50,045 nucleotides of DNA from the NCBI GenBank assembly GCA_043825735.1, contig JBDRRP010000058.1:1-50045 (forward strand), in the 5' to 3' direction. Shown piece after piece: positions 47,241 to 50,045 of the stretch. The notes under the pieces are model-generated. The model saw nothing but the letters and a program-made list of their open reading frames with translations, was not told where the DNA came from and did not search any database. Origin of the DNA: Pseudomonadota bacterium. Lineage in GTDB: Bacteria; Desulfobacterota; Desulfobacteria; Desulfobacterales; JBDRRP01. A program made the translations under genes and the position numbers. Position 1 is the stretch's first letter; each line of letters opens with the position of its first letter.

Positions 47241-48122
47241 TCAGGCCGCCTCAGAGTAAGGGTGAGGCAGACCGTAGTAGACCTCATCCGGGGTTCTGTC
47301 GTCAAGGCTTGAGTGGCCTCTTTCACGGTTATAGCCGCTTATCCAAGAGGCAAGGCCCTTTCGCAAGGCCGCGCCGCTGTCGAATGAGTGGAGATATAGA
47401 TACTGATACTTGAAGGTCCACCACAGGCGCTCAATGAAGATGTTGTCCTGGCAGCGGCCCCGACCATCCATGCTGGGTTTTATTCCGTTTTCCAGGAGTG
47501 TGTCGGTGAAATCTTTACTGGTGAACTGACTACCCTGGTCGGTATTGAAAATGTCAGGTCGCCCAAATCGGTCCAGAGCCTCCTGTAGGGCCTCGACGCA
47601 AAAGTCCGACTCCATGGTATTGGACATCCGCCAAGACAGCACCTTGCGGCTGTTCCAGTCCATGACGGCCACAAGGTACATGAACCCTCGTTCCATGGGT
47701 ATGTAGGTGATATCGGATGCCCAGACCTGGTTGGGCCGATCAATGGTTAAATGCCTCAGCAAATATGGGTAAATCTTATGCTGGGGATGGGGACGGCTGG
47801 TGTTCGGCTTCGGGTAAACAGCCTCAATGCCCATGAGCCTCATTAACCGCTGAACCCTCTTTCGGTTGACCTTGATCCTCTGGCGCCGCAGTTGCCTGGC
47901 GATCGAGCGACTGCCCCGGCTTGGTTGCTCGGTATATAGCTCGTCGATCTTTCGCATCAGCTTCAGATCCTCTGGTTTCAAGGGTTTGGGTTTGTAGTAA
48001 TACGACGAACGGCTGATTCCCAGGAGCTCACATTGTCGATTCACGCTCAGCGGCTTGTACAAAGGGTCGATCTTCGAAACTCGCTGTTTTCGATTTAGCT
48101 GCTGAGCTTGCGTGACAAAAAA
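47241..48122 (-). CDS. IS3 OrfB (DDE integrase core), -1 frame relative to OrfA
   Basis: WASDITYI, NTDQGSQF, DNIFIERLW; slippery T-TTT-TTG at 48116-48122. Confidence 0.9.
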   Translation of the reverse strand, partial: FFVTQAQQLNRKQRVSKIDPLYKPLSVNRQCELLGISRSSYYYKPKPLKPEDLKLMRKIDELYTEQPSRGSRSIARQLRRQRIKVNRKRVQRLMRLMGIEAVYPKPNTSRPHPQHKIYPYLLRHLTIDRPNQVWASDITYIPMERGFMYLVAVMDWNSRKVLSWRMSNTMESDFCVEALQEALDRFGRPDIFNTDQGSQFTSKDFTDTLLENGIKPSMDGRGRCQDNIFIERLWWTFKYQYLYLHSFDSGAALRKGLASWISGYNRERGHSSLDDRTPDEVYYGLPHPYSEAA

Positions 48123-48376
48123 TCGTTTTCCACCTTAAGCTGGCCGATCTGACGATACAGTTCATCAGATTGTGCTTCAGCCTGCTTGCGTGATTTATGG
48201 GTCTTGTCGAAAAGCTCTGCGGCACCGTCGAGAAGCTGCCGTTTCCAGTTCGACACCATGGTTGGATGCACACCGAAGCGACTGGCTAACTGGGAGCTGG
48301 TCTCCTCGTTCTGGATTGCCGCCAAGGCTACCTTGGCTTTGAACTCGGCACTGTGCGTTTTTCGTCTCTTCCCCAT
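48095..48376 (-). CDS. IS3 OrfA (HTH)
   Basis: EFKAKVAL.A, LASRFGVHP..V.NWK, LY.QIGQLKVENDFL; GGAGG RBS. Confidence 0.93.
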   Translation of the reverse strand: MGKRRKTHSAEFKAKVALAAIQNEETSSQLASRFGVHPTMVSNWKRQLLDGAAELFDKTHKSRKQAEAQSDELYRQIGQLKVENDFLSRKLSS

Positions 48377-48449
48377 TGTCAGATCCTCCTTGGTTGAAGT
48401 GGTCTGACTCTTAGCTTAGCACATTGTCCGAATTTCGGGGTCCACCGCC

Positions 48450-48712
48450 CTTATACCGGTCCGGCCGGCAATCATGTGCATGGCCTTGGGAATAACGTCA
48501 ATGCCTCGGTTATCGGAAACAATGAGATGAATATGGTTGGATGTGACGGTGAAATTGAGAATGGATAAACCGAAACGCTTTTTGGCTTCGAATAGCAGTT
48601 CCATCCATCGGGATTGATCTCTGCCAAATTTGAGAAGATACTCTCGTTTATGGCACCGGTGTGTTAGGTGCCAAATGTATCCGGGTATGAAATGTCTGCT
48701 CGCGCGGGCCAT
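48450..48712 (-). pseudogene. Y1/HUH (REP-associated, RAYT-like) transposase truncated by IS3
   Basis: MARASRHFIPGYIWHLTHRC...TSNHIHL (HUH motif); sequence switches into the IS3 end just after AGRTG. Confidence 0.88.
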
Positions 48713-49038
48713 GAGAAGGGGTTTTGCTTAAAACGACATTTTCAAGGGCGAAATATGCAACCTAAGGCCGATTTTAGAGTCATTTTTTCAAATTTATTTC
48801 CTCATGTCAATGACTTGGCTTGGTCCGTCCCCAAGGGGCCTTCATGATCAAAGCTACGGCTTGCTTTTATTTCAAATTGGCCACCGTTGATTTTAAAACT
48901 AAGTGTAATTAGCGGTTTCAAAAAAATCTCATGAAGTTTTGAAGTCTGATATTGGCGCTCAATCGCTCAATATTTGATAGGCAAGTTATAGCCTTCAGTC
49001 ATACATAGTTAATAGCAAGAAGGTAATCTGCTGGCGAG

Positions 49039-49404
49039 GTGAGTATTTTGAAAATATTATTGATTTGCACTGCTATTTTACTATTTTTTGTTGGATTCTT
49101 TTCATTGTGTTTTATATATTTTTATTTATTTAAAAACAAAAAAATGCCTATTTCAAGGTTAGAACATTTTATTATTCCGAATATACTTAAAGAGTACAAA
49201 GACTACGTTTCCATAAATAACTCAAGAATCAAGTTTGTTTATTACCTATCATACTTTGGCCTGTCAGCTTTTTTACTAATAGTTTTTTTTCTATTTGCAA
49301 TGGAATTAAAAGATTTTGTATTGCCAGCAAAAATTTTAATCGGTTCAATTTTAGTGCTATTTGCAGTAATTTCCATCTCTATTATTTCTTCGTTTAGAAG
49401 GTGA
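49039..49404 (+). CDS. AT-rich hypothetical membrane protein (about 3 TM)
   Basis: GAGG upstream of GTG start, three hydrophobic segments, much lower GC than the surroundings. Confidence 0.6.
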   Translation: MSILKILLICTAILLFFVGFFSLCFIYFYLFKNKKMPISRLEHFIIPNILKEYKDYVSINNSRIKFVYYLSYFGLSAFLLIVFFLFAMELKDFVLPAKILIGSILVLFAVISISIISSFRR

Positions 49405-49817
49405 GTTTTGTTGTAAAAGTTCATAGAAAGTGTCCTATACAAAAACTCATCTGCGCTAAAAGCTGCAATTTATGCAGGTTGATGAAATGATGAAATGGAA
49501 ATGATGAAATGGGGTCGCACCGAGCTATCCTATTGCAAGCACACATATTTTTATCCAAATTATAGGTGTTTGTATAGGCTATTTCGTACTTTTCGGGGCC
49601 AAAAACGGTCATATAGAAAAAGTACCGGAATGCGTGTCACCCTGGCCTTTATTTGCGTAACCTTACCGGTTTATGTACAATAGATCCCGTCAAGCACATC
49701 CTACCTATGAAGCCCTCCTTTTCAGACTATCCCACCGGTCTGACAGCGCCTTCGCAGCGTCAAGCAACAGTTGCCGAGTATCGTGATATTGAAGCCTTCG
49801 CATATTGAGGACACATC

Positions 49818-50045
49818 ATGGCCCGAGCGCACCGTTACTTTATCCCCGGATATATCTGGCACATCACCCATCGATGCCACAAGCAAGAGTTTCTGCTGAA
49901 GTTTGCCAAGGACAGGCATCGGTGGCTGCAATGGTTGTATCAGGCGAGAAAACGATATGGGCTTGTGATCTTGAATTACATGGTAACGTCCAACCATATT
50001 CATCTGTTAGTTCACGATGATGCAGCCTCAGGCGCTAACGTGATC
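49818..50045 (+). CDS. Y1/HUH (RAYT-like) transposase, 5' part (runs off window end)
   Basis: GAGG RBS; MARAHRYFIPGYIWHITHRCHKQEFLLKF...MVTSNHIHLLV; paralogue of 48450-48712. Missing from the ORF track because it has no stop in the window. Confidence 0.9.
   Translation, partial: MARAHRYFIPGYIWHITHRCHKQEFLLKFAKDRHRWLQWLYQARKRYGLVILNYMVTSNHIHLLVHDDAASGANVI

Larger units (their letters stand above)
47166..48449 (-). mobile_element. IS3 family insertion sequence
   Basis: Imperfect IRs TGGGGTGGACCCCAAAGCTTGGACA / GGCGGTGGACCCCGAAATTCGGACA, with subterminal TAAGCTAAGAG at both ends; orfA/orfB; no target duplication seen. Confidence 0.92.

Overview
GC-rich bacterial chromosome segment whose gene content suggests a sulfate-reducing deltaproteobacterium (Desulfobacterales-like; inference). 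In order: the 5' end of tuf with tRNA-Thr/Gly/Thr (the tRNA-Tyr usual in this cluster is not recognisable); an MltD-type lytic transglycosylase; a type II secretion operon ordered gspF-G-H-I-J-K-L-M-N-C-D-E; a YidD-like/TPR gene pair; and a Phd/ParE toxin-antitoxin module. Next is a minus-strand cluster that looks like a non-cellulosomal cohesin-dockerin system: a dockerin-bearing subtilase with a secretin-N0/STN-like N-terminal domain, a stand-alone cohesin, a Crp/Fnr regulator, a small dockerin-like Pro-tailed protein and a ~1330-aa cohesin/Ig scaffold with a GGGGCFI-TM-basic sorting signal. The rest holds tRNA-Arg(CCT), a DUF4178/DUF350/aminopropyltransferase operon, an RND efflux system, YitT, a response regulator, a TRAP transporter with an aryl-CoA ligase, and a mobile-DNA patch (IS3, two divergent Y1/RAYT transposases, an AT-rich gene). 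Intergenic spaces carry several families of nested palindromic 7-mer/9-mer repeats and MITE-like elements. All calls come from manual motif reading; no searches were run.
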